In this document: positions 22,830-34,269 of the stretch, in pieces
Layout: each line of letters starts with the position of its first letter
How positions within the stretch are numbered: position 1 is the stretch's first letter
Assembly: GCA_977017575.1 (NCBI GenBank)
Contig: CDRNVI010000011.1
Location: 248,001-312,000, forward strand
Direction: 5' to 3'
DNA: 64,000 nt
Source of the DNA: Paramoeba atlantica
Lineage: Eukaryota; Protista; Discosea
The notes under the pieces: generated by a model
Told to the model about the DNA's origin: nothing
Seen by the model: the letters and a program-made list of their open reading frames with translations, nothing else
The model's database searches: none
Position numbers and translations under genes: made by a program

Positions 22830-24080
22830 TCCTAGTGTTTGCTGCAAACTATAGCAGAGTGCGCCAGTGATCGCGATCTTGGGGGTATACTAAGGTCTCT
22901 TCCAGAGTTATCCCTAAGTCTCTAATGCATGCCTCAGCTGGTGACATAGTGCGTGGTGTTTCTCGGCATTTCCATTTTAGAAGGTGCTGAAAAGTCGGGG
23001 AATGTCAGAGGGTATGGCCAACAAGCTTTACGCGGCTCACGTGGTGCACGGTTGAGAATCGTGGCGTTCCAAAATACAGAGACTCCAGTGGGTAACAGTG
23101 CCCAAGTTCGTCCAGCTTCGCGCATTGACAAGCGAATCTCCGCATCATATTGATTTCAACCTCAATTGAGCGAACCATGTAATTGGGAATCGTTATAGCA
23201 GCTGCTCCAAATGTGAGTACGGGGTATACCAGGCAGTCAAATAATGGCAATTTTGTCGCCACGCTCAGTGGTGATTCCCAAATGCCCTTGAGTTTCCGAA
23301 ACCCTGCCCACGTTAGTCGGAGCCTATCTTTCACAGAAGAGGAATAGTTGGACGCATCTTGCATATTCCCTAAATAACGGTATTTGTCGACATATGGAAT
23401 CTTGCCGAATGAGTTACTACGTAGATCGCGCGTCCCACCAGGAATTTTTCCAAAAGCCAACCAAACAGTTTTATTCTGGCCAACGGCGATGTGTAAATTA
23501 GCTTGTTTCGCTTCGTGTGCGGTAGAGTCAATCATCTTTGACAGTTCACCCTTTGTGGGAGCCAGCAGGGCAATTTCATCAGCACAGTTAATAGCCCGCA
23601 ACCTCACCTCTTGGATTCCAGATTTATCTCTGGATGCTCGAGTCTTCGTTTCATTAAGCAACCGCTGAGCCCCTGCAGTCGATCGTTCTGATCGAAAACC
23701 AAATTGACTCCCGCGAAGCACTGATTCAATCGAAGGCCGAATGCGCTGCAATATCATCAGTTTGACTACGCTTTTGACAAGGCATATGGGGCGCCAATTG
23801 TTGATTTGAGTAAGATTACCCTTTTTCGGAATTGAAACTTGTAGCACGTTCTTCCAACAGCCGGGGGCAACACCAGTTTCGGAGACATTATTGATAAGAT
23901 CAGGGAGTGTGCGCCGTAATTTTCCGTGTTCCACCATCATAATAAGCACTTCGACGGGTATTTCATCAATTCCAAGGGCTTTGTTTCGTGCTAGCCTGGG
24001 GGCTCTAATCTGAAGCTCTTCTTCGGTAAACCATTCATCTCTTATTGGAATCAATGATTTCCTCGCCTCGTCAAATTCGA
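22830..24080 (-). pseudogene. RTE-like LINE RT fragment with internal deletion
   Basis: KALGIDEIP, IPKKGNLTQINNWRPICL, QFGFRSERST, then a jump to CADEIALL; QGD motif missing. Confidence 0.8.
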
Positions 24081-24224
24081 TGTCTCGGTTTCTCCGATCG
24101 TCGTTTCCTATGTTTGAAAAGAAATCGCAAACCACTTTAAAAGTGGTTATAAATTGGGACCCTATGGCCCCAATCCTCTTCGCCATCGGGATTCAAAGGG
24201 CGATTTCCAAGGTGGCAGCCAAGT

Positions 24225-25345
24225 TCACAGGCTATAGTGGGATAAAGTGGAATAAAAAATGGTGACTTGATGCATGATGTGGATCTTCAGCTCCGATTCC
24301 TAAATTTTAATTCTTATACCATATACTTGTGCAACGTAACGGCGCACATTGGAAATACATGGAATGAAGAGGCAGAGCCTAGCACTTTTAGCAGCGCGTA
24401 AAGTGGCTTGGCCTCCGATACCAAAAAGGAGAAAACCAACTGACAAATCGGAAAATGAGGAGAATTCACAGCCGTTATGGCCTTTAAAGGCCTTACTCAA
24501 AAGGATATCCCTTGTAAATGGGCCAGCGCGAGACATTCCTGCATCCAAGCGCGAAGCTGAGGCACGGAGTGTGCTTCGAGGTAAGGTTGCGAGAACTGGC
24601 GGTAATAGGAAACCCATCATAGCACATTTATAATGCATACTAAGGCACATTTATAATGCATATTAATACGGCACATTATAATGCATATAGCACATCGATG
24701 ATGCATATAGCACAAAACATTTCCACCAGGCGGACTAGCCGAAAAATACATTTAGCCAGGGACGCAAATGGGTTTCACCTTTGCTCCCGGTGAGGCCCCG
24801 GAGTTGCGAGAGGCCTCCATACCCCACAACTACCACCTTCCCCCCCTATTTAGCGGGGGTGGCGCGAGCGACCCCTGATAAATGGGGGGAAGGTGGTAGT
24901 TGTTTTGGGGAATATGAGAGACCGAACGCACGGAGGGGCCGGCCGGTCCAATAACCCCAGACCTTGTTTACCCGTCTGCGACATAAACCGGTGAATGCTG
25001 CAAAAAAAAATAAGTTGAGGTGTCCAAAAAAATCACTATTGTTATATGCATTATAAATGTGCTATATGCATTAGCAATGTGCAGCTTAATATGCATTATA
25101 AATGTGCGGGTGCCAAACCGTCCAAGTAAGGAAAGAATTGATGGAATCGCATCTTTGTAAACTTGGAGGGATTATCTGTAGGTTATGGGAAAAATATTGT
25201 TTTTTTGTACCGTATCACACACATATATTACATACTTAAGTATATAATAACGAACTTGGAGGTGATAGATGAAAGCTTTCAAGGTGACAGTGTTAAGTTT
25301 TTCAACCGACTTTAAGTCGGTCTTATTGGATTGGATTGGATTGGG
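24225..25345 (+). mobile_element. 5'-truncated LINE of the (ATTGG)n family, itself interrupted at ~24620-25115
   Basis: RNase H end (AHIGNTWNEEA) and C-terminus RGKVARTGGNRKP homologous to 41416-41706; ACCGAC/GTCGGT hairpin then (ATTGG)n. Confidence 0.75.
24620..25115. mobile_element. non-autonomous DNA element with ATAATGCATAT subterminal repeats and central palindrome
   Basis: Inverted arrays CACATTTATAATGCATA / TATGCATTATAAATGTG; core 24783-24878 recurs inverted at 27793-27888. Confidence 0.55.
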
Positions 25346-26149
25346 TTGCGCCTAAACGCGGCCAAATGTAAAGTGGCCACGAGGGAGCACAACCTCTTCT
25401 CTGAGTTTTCCGGAATCAGAATGATTCACTCCCCGGGGGGAGTTAAACTTCTGGGGGCTTTCATTTGGGAGTCGGAGGACAGGGAGGAAGAATGGGTCCT
25501 ATATAAGACCTCCAAAGTGATCTCCTTCCCTGAGAAATTGAAAGCTCTCAACAGGCAATGTGCTCTGCCTCTCCTAAGGCTCTTTTGGAGCCCACGATGG
25601 AACGAGCCGGGTAAGGGAGCTGGTTCCCTGAGGGGAGGGTCCGGGACGGTCCTCCGAGTACTGGGCCTATTCGGTTATCAGCCCAGCCTCTTAGAGTGAG
25701 GCCGCCTGGAATATTGCGATGGGCGGGCACAACCTGTGTGAGTTTCATCCTTTTTAACGATTCGTGCTCCATTTGTATAAATGTGGGTTTCATTTGGCCC
25801 GATTGGAAATCGTTGCCGCCCTTCTTCAATGCATTGTAGGGTTTCGTAGAACACCTTGTTTACCTCCTTTAGAAAAAGATTTCCATTGTTTTGAAGTTGT
25901 TTTAGTGTACGAGGTCCTGGGTTCAAGCTGGTGTTGAGGATTCTTGCGTATTGATGAAATAGTGTCAACATTCCTTCTTGGACGCAATATGAGTGTCACT
26001 TCTGGCGAGGATATGGGGTCAGAAGAAGAAGAAGGAGCCTTTGTCGTCTTCAACCTCTTTGCCGCTTGTGATTTTAACGGCCTTCGTTACGCCGAGAGAG
26101 CCAAGACATCAGCTTTGTCGCTATATTCGTTCCCATTATGAGATTTAAC

Positions 26150-26190
26150 GATAAAGATGCAATTTCTGTACCTTGTTGGTATGAGAAGCT
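26150..26190 (+). ncRNA. spliced-leader RNA fragment (exon 3' part plus first 12 nt of intron), not a full gene
   Basis: (TAAC)GATAAAGATGCAATTTCTGTACCTTGTTG|GTATGAGAAGCT resembles the kinetoplastid SL exon (...CAGTTTCTGTACTWTATTG) and the conserved intron start GTATGAGAAGCT. Confidence 0.85.
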
Positions 26191-26197
26191 AAAAAGG

Positions 26198-27011
26198 GGC
26201 GGAGGGGCAAGAATTCAAAGTTTGAAGCACATGGTGCTCAGACGGCGAGTTCAAACCCGCGGTGCGGGCGTAGTTGTTAGACGGTGGGCCTTACAACCTG
26301 CAGGTTGTGGGTTCGATTCCCGCTATCGACAAAACTCGCAACCTGGCGGCCTCACTACAAAGGGAAAGCGATCAGGAGTGCCTTCAAGGCCCACACCCAA
26401 ACCCGCCCCCCTGGAGGACCGACCCGGAACCGCCGAGCTGAACCAGGCCCCAGCGCAGCCGCTAAATTGGGAGATGCTTACGCAAAGGAGGCTTGAGACA
26501 CAGCCTACACGATGCAACGGGGTGGACGCCCGTCCTGGTAGCTACGGTTGGGTAGCCGTGCTCGGGCCGCAAGGCGTCGAGTGCCGTCTGGGAAGGGGGT
26601 AGCAACACGATGAAGGTCGGTGACCTGAGACTCTACCCTAACGGTTGGCGCTGCAGAGCCCTCCGTGTCTTCTTCTTCTTCTTCTTCTTCTTCTTCAAAC
26701 CCGCTCATCGCAATATTCCCGGCGGCCTCACTCTAAGAGGCTGGGCTGAGAACCAACTAGGCCAAGTACTCGGAGGATCGTCCCGGACCCCCCCCTCAGG
26801 GAACCAGCTCCCTTACCCGGCTTAAAACTCTTGGGTAAGCCGTGTTGACGTACAATTCGTCGACGCAGCGTGTTGGCAACAGCACGTTGGTTCCGCCTTG
26901 GACAAGCGGAAACTGGTAGAGGACGTCGGCCTCGGAACTTCCAAATCTGTCTGTGAAGGGCCTGGCTTGCCAGTGACCATCCGGAGCGATCCGGAATGAT
27001 TTGGATTTGGG
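26198..27011 (+). mobile_element. SINE-B copy containing nested SINE-A
   Basis: Head 26198-26260, resumes at 26694; 15-bp TSD ATTATGAGATTTAAC (26135-26149 / 27012-27026). Confidence 0.9.
26261..26693 (+). mobile_element. tRNA-headed SINE-A
   Basis: tRNA(Val)-like head with B box GGTTCGATTCC (26310), (TTC)n tail, TSD TTCAAACCCGC (26250-26260 / 26694-26704). Confidence 0.9.
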
Positions 27012-27026
27012 ATTATGAGATTTAAC

Positions 27027-27470
27027 TTTGCACACATACAAATTAACATTCTGAGATTTTAGTTTCCGCACCTGATGACCTATATCTTGTACAATGTTTC
27101 TGTTGACGCTGCCGTCATACCCTATTACCCGTCTCCGAATGCGAACATGATGAAAGAAGTGCCACGCATAGAACGAATCTGTGTGTACTACGATATCTTT
27201 TGCTCCGCCCGGTATTCTTTTAAGCGCCTCTCGGAAAGATTCAGCCTCAGCTTGCTCGGCACTATCAACATCTAGTGTTAAGGAAAAACATTTATCGGTT
27301 GTCCACCGTTGAAGCACAACAATTCCAGCACCTGCTCTGATCTCGTTTGTCATCCGCAAGGCACGGACTGAACCATCAATATAGAAGTGAACCTCACCAT
27401 CTTTTACTGGAAGGATCAGAACTTTCTTCGACAAATTGGAAATCGTAAGGCGTATCTTGATTCAAGGCGT
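27027..27470 (-). pseudogene. LINE RNase H domain split by the SL-SINE insertion (continues at 26134 leftwards)
   Basis: FYIDGSV, EAESF, VHTDSFY, then CKVKSHN|GNEYSDKAD rejoined across the TSD. Confidence 0.85.
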
Positions 27471-27698
27471 AGGCATGTTTACTTTTCCATCTAGGAGAAG
27501 AGAGTCTTTCGTAATCCGGGAGCGGTTCGAGTGCTACGTGTATGACCCTCGCTTGGCCGAACGAACGGCGAAGAATACAATGTCAAAGCGCTTGGTCCGC
27601 CACCGGAAAGTAGACGGCGAAGTAATTGGACTAGTGACCAGCCTTCTGGAACGGCGATACAGCCCGCAACGGATTAGTGTCACCCTAAATAAGGAGCA

Positions 27699-27790
27699 AA
27701 GAGGAAGAAAGAGGAAGAAAGAGGAAGAAAGAGGAAGAAAGAGGAAGAAAGAGGAAGAAGGAGGAAGAAAGAGGAAGAAAGAGGAAGAGG
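27699..27790 (+). repeat. (GAGGAAGAAA)n purine microsatellite
   Basis: About 9 tandem 10-mers. Confidence 0.9.
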
Positions 27791-28067
27791 AGCAGGGGTC
27801 GCTCGCGCGACCCCCGCTAAATAGGGGGGGAAGGTGGTAGTTGTGGGGTATGGAGGCCTCTCGCAACTCCGGGGCCTCACCGGGAGCACAATTGAGGTTA
27901 CCTATTTTTTATGTTAACTGTGTGGCAAAATTGTAAATTTTTGGAAGGTGTTGAAATTTTTTTTTAGGGGTCGATTTTTTTTTAGGGGTCGATTTTTTTT
28001 TAGGGGTTGAAATCTTTTTTAGGCCTTGAAATTTTTTTTAAGGGGTCGACTTTTTTTTAATCGGTTT

Positions 28068-28200
28068 ATGACAGATAAGGGTGCGGCTTATATGACAGAT
28101 AAGGGTGCATTATGACAGACAAGGGTGCTGTATGACAGATAAGGGTGCGAGTTTCTATGACAGATACGGGTGCCGCGTTTATGACAGATAAGGGTGCGAG
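28068..28200 (+). repeat. six copies of ATGACAGATAAGGGTGC with short variable spacers (likely transposon subterminal array)
   Basis: 17-bp unit, spacers under 10 nt; preceded by TTTTTTTAGGGGTCGA repeats. Confidence 0.75.
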
Positions 28201-28643
28201 TGGGTACCTTTACATCTTCACATAACTTTTTCCAGTGATCTCGATCCTGAGCGTATACGAGGGCTTGTTCTTCGGTAATGTCCAGATCGTGAAAGCAAGC
28301 TTCGCTTGGTGAGGGATTTCGTTTCCTATCGCTGCATTTCCACTGAATAAGATCTCGAAACGTGAATGAGTGCCTTAGAATGTGACCAGCAATTTTAGCC
28401 CGACTAACGCGATGTACGGTGGAGAAACGAGGAGTGCCGCAATAAAGTGACTCGATAGTGTAGCAGTGTCAAAACTCGTCCAGTTTAGCACAATTACAGC
28501 AAAATCTTCGCATCATATTGAGCTCAACTTCTGTTTGCCGAAGCATTATGTTGGATATGGAAAGCGAAGCGGCACCAAAGGCCATGATTGGATAAGCGAG
28601 GAAATCAAACAAACGCAGTTTTGTTGCTGCACTCAGTGACGAG

Positions 28644-30521
28644 GTGGAGTTGGCGGAGTGGCAAGAACTCAAAGTTTGAAGCACATGGTGCTCAGACGGC
28701 GAGTTCAAACCCGCTCATCGCAATATTCCCGGCGGCCTCACTCTAAGAGGCTGGGCTGATAACCAACTAGGCCCAGTACACACACACACAAACACACACA
28801 CACACACACACACACACAACACTGAAGGCATTACCCTTCAGTTGAGAAACTGTTAAAGCTTCACTAAATATATGCTCCTAAAGCTAGAACTAATAGAATT
28901 TGATACCCACACCATCGTGCGCCCTATTGGTAGATATATTTTTCCATTACTCTCGTTTTGAGTACACCCCTGAGTTTACAGGTTGGATGTTCGGAAATGT
29001 TTCTTTTCGCTTTGTTCAAATTCTGCGTTAGCAAGCGAAGACGCGGTGTCTAGTAACTTACCTTTTCTCTTACGCCGCATCCGACGCTCCTCACGGGTTG
29101 GGTTCGTGGTTTTCTTTTCTAATGTTTTAAGGCACGCTATCCACACATATTCGGAGTGGGCCGATTCATTTCCTCGGTTCAGGTTTTTTCTTCGTTTAGA
29201 AATAGGTTCCGAACTAACGAGCTTTTTACTTAAGGTATCCGCTTCTTCATTCCATTTATTCCCACAATGGCCTCGGACCGTAATAAAGGTGATGGTTCTC
29301 CCCTGACAATGCGCTGATCGAATAAAACTATCCAGAAAACTAAGCAGATCGGAATTCGAGACTTCAAAACCAACCAGTCGATCTTTCCTTCGGCGCATAT
29401 TTACAAAATTCCACACATAATACGAATCTGTGTGTACAACAACATTTTCAACTTCTTTTAGTTTACTCAAACCAAATAGGGCAGCGTGAATTTCGGCTCT
29501 TTCAGGAGATTTGGTTTCCAGGTAGGATAGGGAGGACGAAAAACTTTCATGCTTCTCTGCGTTTACTATTACACATCCAACTGCTACCTTTACCCTTGTG
29601 TCCGTATCATCGGAGATAGAAGCATCCACGTACGCATGCATTTCCTCCGGTTTTACAGGAAAAGGGGTTTCCCCTTCTTCGATAAATTGTAATTTATTAC
29701 ACACTGTTTCTTTTAAAGCGTTTTTGTATGCTAGTTTCCATTTAGGACTTTTGTAGCCAATATAAGACTCTGAGGGCTCGAGTCTCTCTGAGAGGTTTTC
29801 AATTAATTTGGCCCAGTGTGCGCTATCAGAGGCATATACAAGCATTTCTTCCATCTCAATCCCAAGGTCTTGTGCGCATGCTTCGGAAGGCGATGGAAAT
29901 CTCGCCTTTTCCCGGGAGCCCCATCCTACTAAAGAGCGGTAGATCTCAGAGTGCCTAATTTGGTGACCCACAAGGCGCGCCCGATTAATACGATGTATTG
30001 TATTGAAATGTAGCGTGTTGCGGTACAGAGATTCAATAGGATAACAATGCCCATTCTCATCAACTCCTACGGCGTCACACACGATGCGCCTCATGTTGTT
30101 TACTTGTACTTCAACGTTTCTCACCTGCGATGCCGATATCACCATGGATGACGTACCGTAGTTTAGTATGGGATAGACAAGGGTGTCAAAAATTCGAAGC
30201 TTAGCCTTTACGCGAAGAGGCGAGATCCAAATACCTCGTAGTTTGCTAAGACACGCCCACGCCAAACTCGCCCAGTACTCGGAGGATCGTCCCGGACCCT
30301 CCCCTCAAGGAACCAGCTCCCTTACCCGGCTTAAAACTCTTGGGTAAGCCGTGTTGACGTACAGTTCGTCGACGCAGCGTGTTGGCAACAGCACGTTGTT
30401 GCCGCCTTGGAAAAGCGGAAACTGGTAGAGGACGTCGGCCTCGGAACTTCCAAATCTGTCTGTGAAGGGTCTGGCTTGCCAGTGACCATCCGGAGCGATC
30501 CGGAATGATTTGGATTTGGAT
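28644..30521 (+). mobile_element. SINE-B split by a LINE (halves 28644-28779 and 30270-30521)
   Basis: Own TSD AGTGACGAG (28635-28643 / 30522-30530) inside an older LINE RT relic (LDSSL|SAATKLRLFD). Confidence 0.85.
28780..30269 (-). mobile_element. 5'-truncated LINE of the (GT)n-tail family (RT C-terminus plus RNase H; ORF 28976-30265)
   Basis: TSD GCCCAGTAC (28771-28779 / 30270-30278); HAYVDAS, ERAEIHAA, VHTDSYY, RGHCGNKWNEEAD; 3' hairpin ACTGAAGG/CCTTCAGT then (GT)n. Confidence 0.9.
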
Positions 30522-30826
30522 AGTGACGAGTCCAAAATGCTCTTGAGCTTCCGAAATGCGGCCCGTGTGAGCCTTAAGCGGGCTTTTACTGGCGAAGAAA
30601 CGCCTGAATCCTGAATGTTTCCCAGATAGCGGTAAGAGTCAACAAGAGGAATTTTAAAGAGCGCGATGAAGAATACGATCCACCACGAGAACGAATAGAT
30701 ACGGGGCTAAAACATCTCCTTGAAGAATACCCGTATGGATTGAAAACGATGCCGTGTCTCCAAAAGGTGTTCAAACGATCCCTCGCAGTCCACTGTGGAT
30801 CGTTGTAGGTCGTTGTAATGAACGTC

Positions 30827-30949
30827 TCTGTCTGTGAAGGGTCTGGCTTGCCAATGACCGTCCGGAGCAATCCGGAATGATTTGGTTTTTTTTGGAGACT
30901 CTACCCTAACGCCTAGCCCTCCGTGTCTTCTTCTCCTCCTCTTCTTCTT
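30827..30949 (+). mobile_element. SINE-B 3' end fused through a T-run to a SINE-A-type 3' end
   Basis: ...CCGGAATGATTTGG-T8-GGAGACTCTACCCTAAC...CCGTGTC(TTC)n. Confidence 0.75.
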
Positions 30950-32211
30950 AAGGGAGTCGATAAAAAAATTCAACTGAGGACGAGAGGCCCGATTTTTTAG
31001 TCTCAAAACGAAACTCAGTTTTTTATCCCCCTTTTTGTCGAGGGGCAAGGGCCATTTTGCGGGGGTTTTAACATTGTTGTTGGTAGCGGGGTCTTCCTCT
31101 GTCGCAGAAAACCGAAAAAACCAACCAGGAGAAAAATGCAATAAATACACTTCCAAAGACCGATAAAGAAATGTTACCAAACGAACAAAAGAGATCCAGA
31201 TCTACAGGAGAAGCTCCAAAGAAACTGCGAAAGAGATCACAGAAACAGAAACTGCCAGCTTCAAAACTATCACCAGAATTTTCAACCCCCAAGAAGATGC
31301 AAACGAAACGAAAAATGCCAACTCAAGAGATCCAGGAGTTGGAATTATCTAAGGCTTCTGTAAAATATGAAGGAGAAAACAGTGAGTAACCCCCCCAGCC
31401 TCCCCCCACCCCATCTCCCCCCCCCGCCAGCATATTGTCCGATTTTATTTCTTTTCTTTTCTGCAAGATGCATTTCGTTTTTTATGTGTTTGATGTTGGT
31501 TTGGTTGAAAACTAATTTAGTATACCGTGAAGCTGGTGTACCGCTCGTCTCGCAATTTCAGGTAAGTTGTCTCAAACTAGCTAGGTAGTAACAGTAAAAC
31601 TAGCCACGCCCAGCTAGGAAGATAAAAAAAAAGCTAGGAAGATAATCACGGCTAATTAACCTAAGGCAACGTTGCGACGATAACCTAACCTAAGTGTGAA
31701 AATTAGTATGGCAAACAGTTTAACCTCCTTAAATGATCTATATCAGTGTTGTTGTTGTTCTTGAAAGAGTCCGTGCTAACCCCCTTGGTGCGACATCCGT
31801 CATTACGGATTGTGCCGATGATATCGGCTGTCGCATCGAGGGCTGTATCTCTGCTCCAACGAGCGCATGAACATCAAATTGTCGCAGCGACGACGACTTT
31901 CTGTACCTTGTTCATTTTATTATTAAATAAGACTTTTCATGGCAGCAGGGGGGAGCCCCCCCATACGTGGTTTGTCCCCCCAAACCACAGACGTGGTTTG
32001 TCCGCAAGCTCGGTGTATTCAGGCTCATGGTGGTACAGAAGTACCGCCTTCCCGATCGCATCAAGTTTAGGCAGTTCCTCTGCTCGGCCTAACGGATTAA
32101 ATTTTGCCACACTTTGGGTTGCAGGTGAGGAGGTAAATTTTGGTTCTTTCTCGTCCATCCGCTTTCTTAGTTCATACGTAGTTCATATGGGCAAAACCCC
32201 TCTTGTTGACT

Positions 32212-32812
32212 AAATCCAATACAAATCATTCCGGATTGCTCCAGACGGTCGCTGGCAAGCCAGACCCTTCACAGACAGATTTGGAAGTTCAGAGGCCGAC
32301 GTCCTCTACCAGTTTGCGCTTGCCCAAGGCGGAACCAACGTTCTATTGCCAACACGCTGCGTCGACGAACTCGAAGTGGCAAGAACTCGAAGTTTGAAGC
32401 ACATGGTGCTCAGATGGCGAGTTCAAACCCGCTCATCGCATTTTTCCTGGCGGCTTCACTCTCAGAGGCTGCGCTGAGAACATTCTGGGCCCAGTACTCC
32501 GAGGACCGTCCCGGACCCTCCGCTAAGGGAAACAGCTCCCTTACCCGGCTTACACCTCTTGGGTAAGCCGTGTTGATGTTCATTTGGTCGACGCATCGTG
32601 TTGTTAACAGCACGTTGGTGCCGCCTTGGAAAAGCGGAAACTGGCAGAGGACGTCGGCCTCGGAACTTCCAAATCTGTCTGTGAAGGGTCTGGCTTGCCA
32701 GTGACCGTCCGGAGCAATCCGGAATGATTTGGTTTTTTTTTTGGGGACTCCACCCTAGCGGCTAGCTCTGGAGAGCTATCCGTGTCTTCTTCTTCTTCTT
32801 CTTCTTCTTCTT
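32212..32812. mobile_element. head-to-head SINE-B pair: - strand 3' part (32212-32369) and + strand copy (32375-32732) with SINE-A-type tail
   Basis: Direct alignment to the 15903-16285 consensus; a further internal fragment lies at 32957-33102 (+) and another at 25605-25727 (-). Confidence 0.8.
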
Positions 32813-33457
32813 AAGGGGGTGGATAAAAAAATTCAAATGATGGCGAGAGGCCCGATTTTTTTTGTCGCAAAACGAAACTCAGTTTTACATGCCCCTTTTT
32901 GTCGAGGGGCAAGGGCCCTTTTTCGGGGGGGGGGGGTGTAAAATTGAAGAAGAATGCCCGGCGTCTTCGCTCTAAGAGGCTGGGCTGATAACTGACTAGG
33001 TCAAGTACTCGGAGGACCGTCCCGGACCTTCCTCTCGGGGAACCAGCTCCCTTACCGGGCTCACACTTCTTGGGTGAGCCGTGTTGACGTACAATTGGTC
33101 GAGGCATAAACCCAAGAAGAAGAAGAGAAGAATAGAAACCCAACCAACCACAAACCATCACTGGGATAATAAATTAATATGTCCCAGTTGAAAGCTTCAC
33201 AAATTTCTCCTACCCATAAAACACTTTGGCGGTCTCCACAAAACTAACATATTCACCAGAAGCTTTTCAAAAACATCTTGCACCAACTTCCATGTATCCT
33301 AATAAAAAGGTGGATGACGTTCCAGTACTTAGTCAAAGAAATTTTGACTTGAAATTGACTTTTCATTTTCAGCACAAACGGTTTGCCTAATAAAATATTT
33401 TCCACGAGAAACAACAGCATATCACCTTATCACACTACCCTTCACCTTTTCAGAACA

Positions 33458-33881
33458 CCGCGGTGCGGGCGTAGTTGTTAGACGGTGGGCCTTACAACCT
33501 GCAGGTTGTGGGTTCGATTCCCGCTATCGACAAAACTCGCAACCTGGCGGCCTCACTACAAAGGGAAAGCGATCAGGAGTGCCTTCAAGGCCCACACCCA
33601 AACCCGCCCCCCTGGAGGACCGACCCGGAACCGCCGAGCTGAACCAGGCTCCAGCGCAGCCGCTAAATTGCGAGATGCTTACGCAAAGGAGGCTTGAGAC
33701 ACAGCCTACACGATGCGACGGGGTGGACGCCCGTCCTGGTAGCTACGGTTGGGTAGCCGTGCTCGGGCCGCAAGGCGTCGAGTGCCGTCTGGGAAGGGGG
33801 TAGCAACACGATGAAGGTCGGTGACCTGAGACTCTACCCTAACGGTTGGCGCTGCAGAGCCCTCCGTGTCTTCTTCTTCTG
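33458..33881 (+). mobile_element. SINE-A, second copy
   Basis: About 3 substitutions versus 26261-26693; TSD TTCAGAACA (33449-33457 / 33882-33890). Confidence 0.9.
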
Positions 33882-34269
33882 TTCAGAACATGCGATCAAG
33901 GGGGGTATGAGGGGGGTATCATTTCTTTGGTGTTCGTAATACGTTGTTAGTGCGCGATCTATCGTCTTTCCCTTGACGCTTTTCTGTCTTTTTGACGCAG
34001 ATCTCTCTTTTAGCGAGTGTTTTTTGACGTGACCCCTTTGGGCCCAGACTTTCATAGCTTGGATCGTCATTCTACTGGTATAACTGATTACTCCTCCTTC
34101 TTTGCGGAGCTCTAAATTTAACCCGATCACTAATAACAATGTCAAAGACCGTTCGTTCCAGACCACACAAGTTTCGCAAGGTGCGCCATGGATTTGCCTG
34201 GTTTTTGCGAAGTCCTCTTTCGGTGTCTCCGCACTCTTCGGCAATACATTGTTCAATTGCTTTCCTGTG

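Larger units (their letters stand above)
24150..25600 (+). pseudogene. CRE/SLACS-like RT relic (24150-24225 and 25340-25600) interrupted by a LINE 3' fragment
   Basis: DPMAPILFAIGIQRAI and IGLRLNAAKC..GGVKLLGAFI motifs typical of CRE-clade RT. Confidence 0.55.

Noticed and set aside
25912-25940. NPGP motif suggesting a 2A peptide as in L1Tc
   Set aside because: It reads LNTSLNPGP without D-x-E and is out of frame with the LINE homology (LEPRTSY).
26264-26332. Functional tRNA-Val gene
   Set aside because: The acceptor stem does not pair, the anticodon loop is 8 nt, and it is part of a TSD-flanked 430-bp repeat.
26595-26670. Hammerhead-like core in SINE-A (GATGA-stem-GAGAC)
   Set aside because: C3, U4 and A14 equivalents are substituted and no stem III or cleavage triplet can be paired; more likely a 3' recognition structure.
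26796-27010. Repeated peptide SKSFRIAPDGHWQARPFTDRFGSSEADVLYQFP as a protein family
   Set aside because: It is the antisense translation of the non-coding SINE-B body.
28068-28200. CRISPR-like repeat array
   Set aside because: 17-bp repeats with spacers under 10 nt, eukaryotic context and no cas genes; fits a transposon subterminal array.
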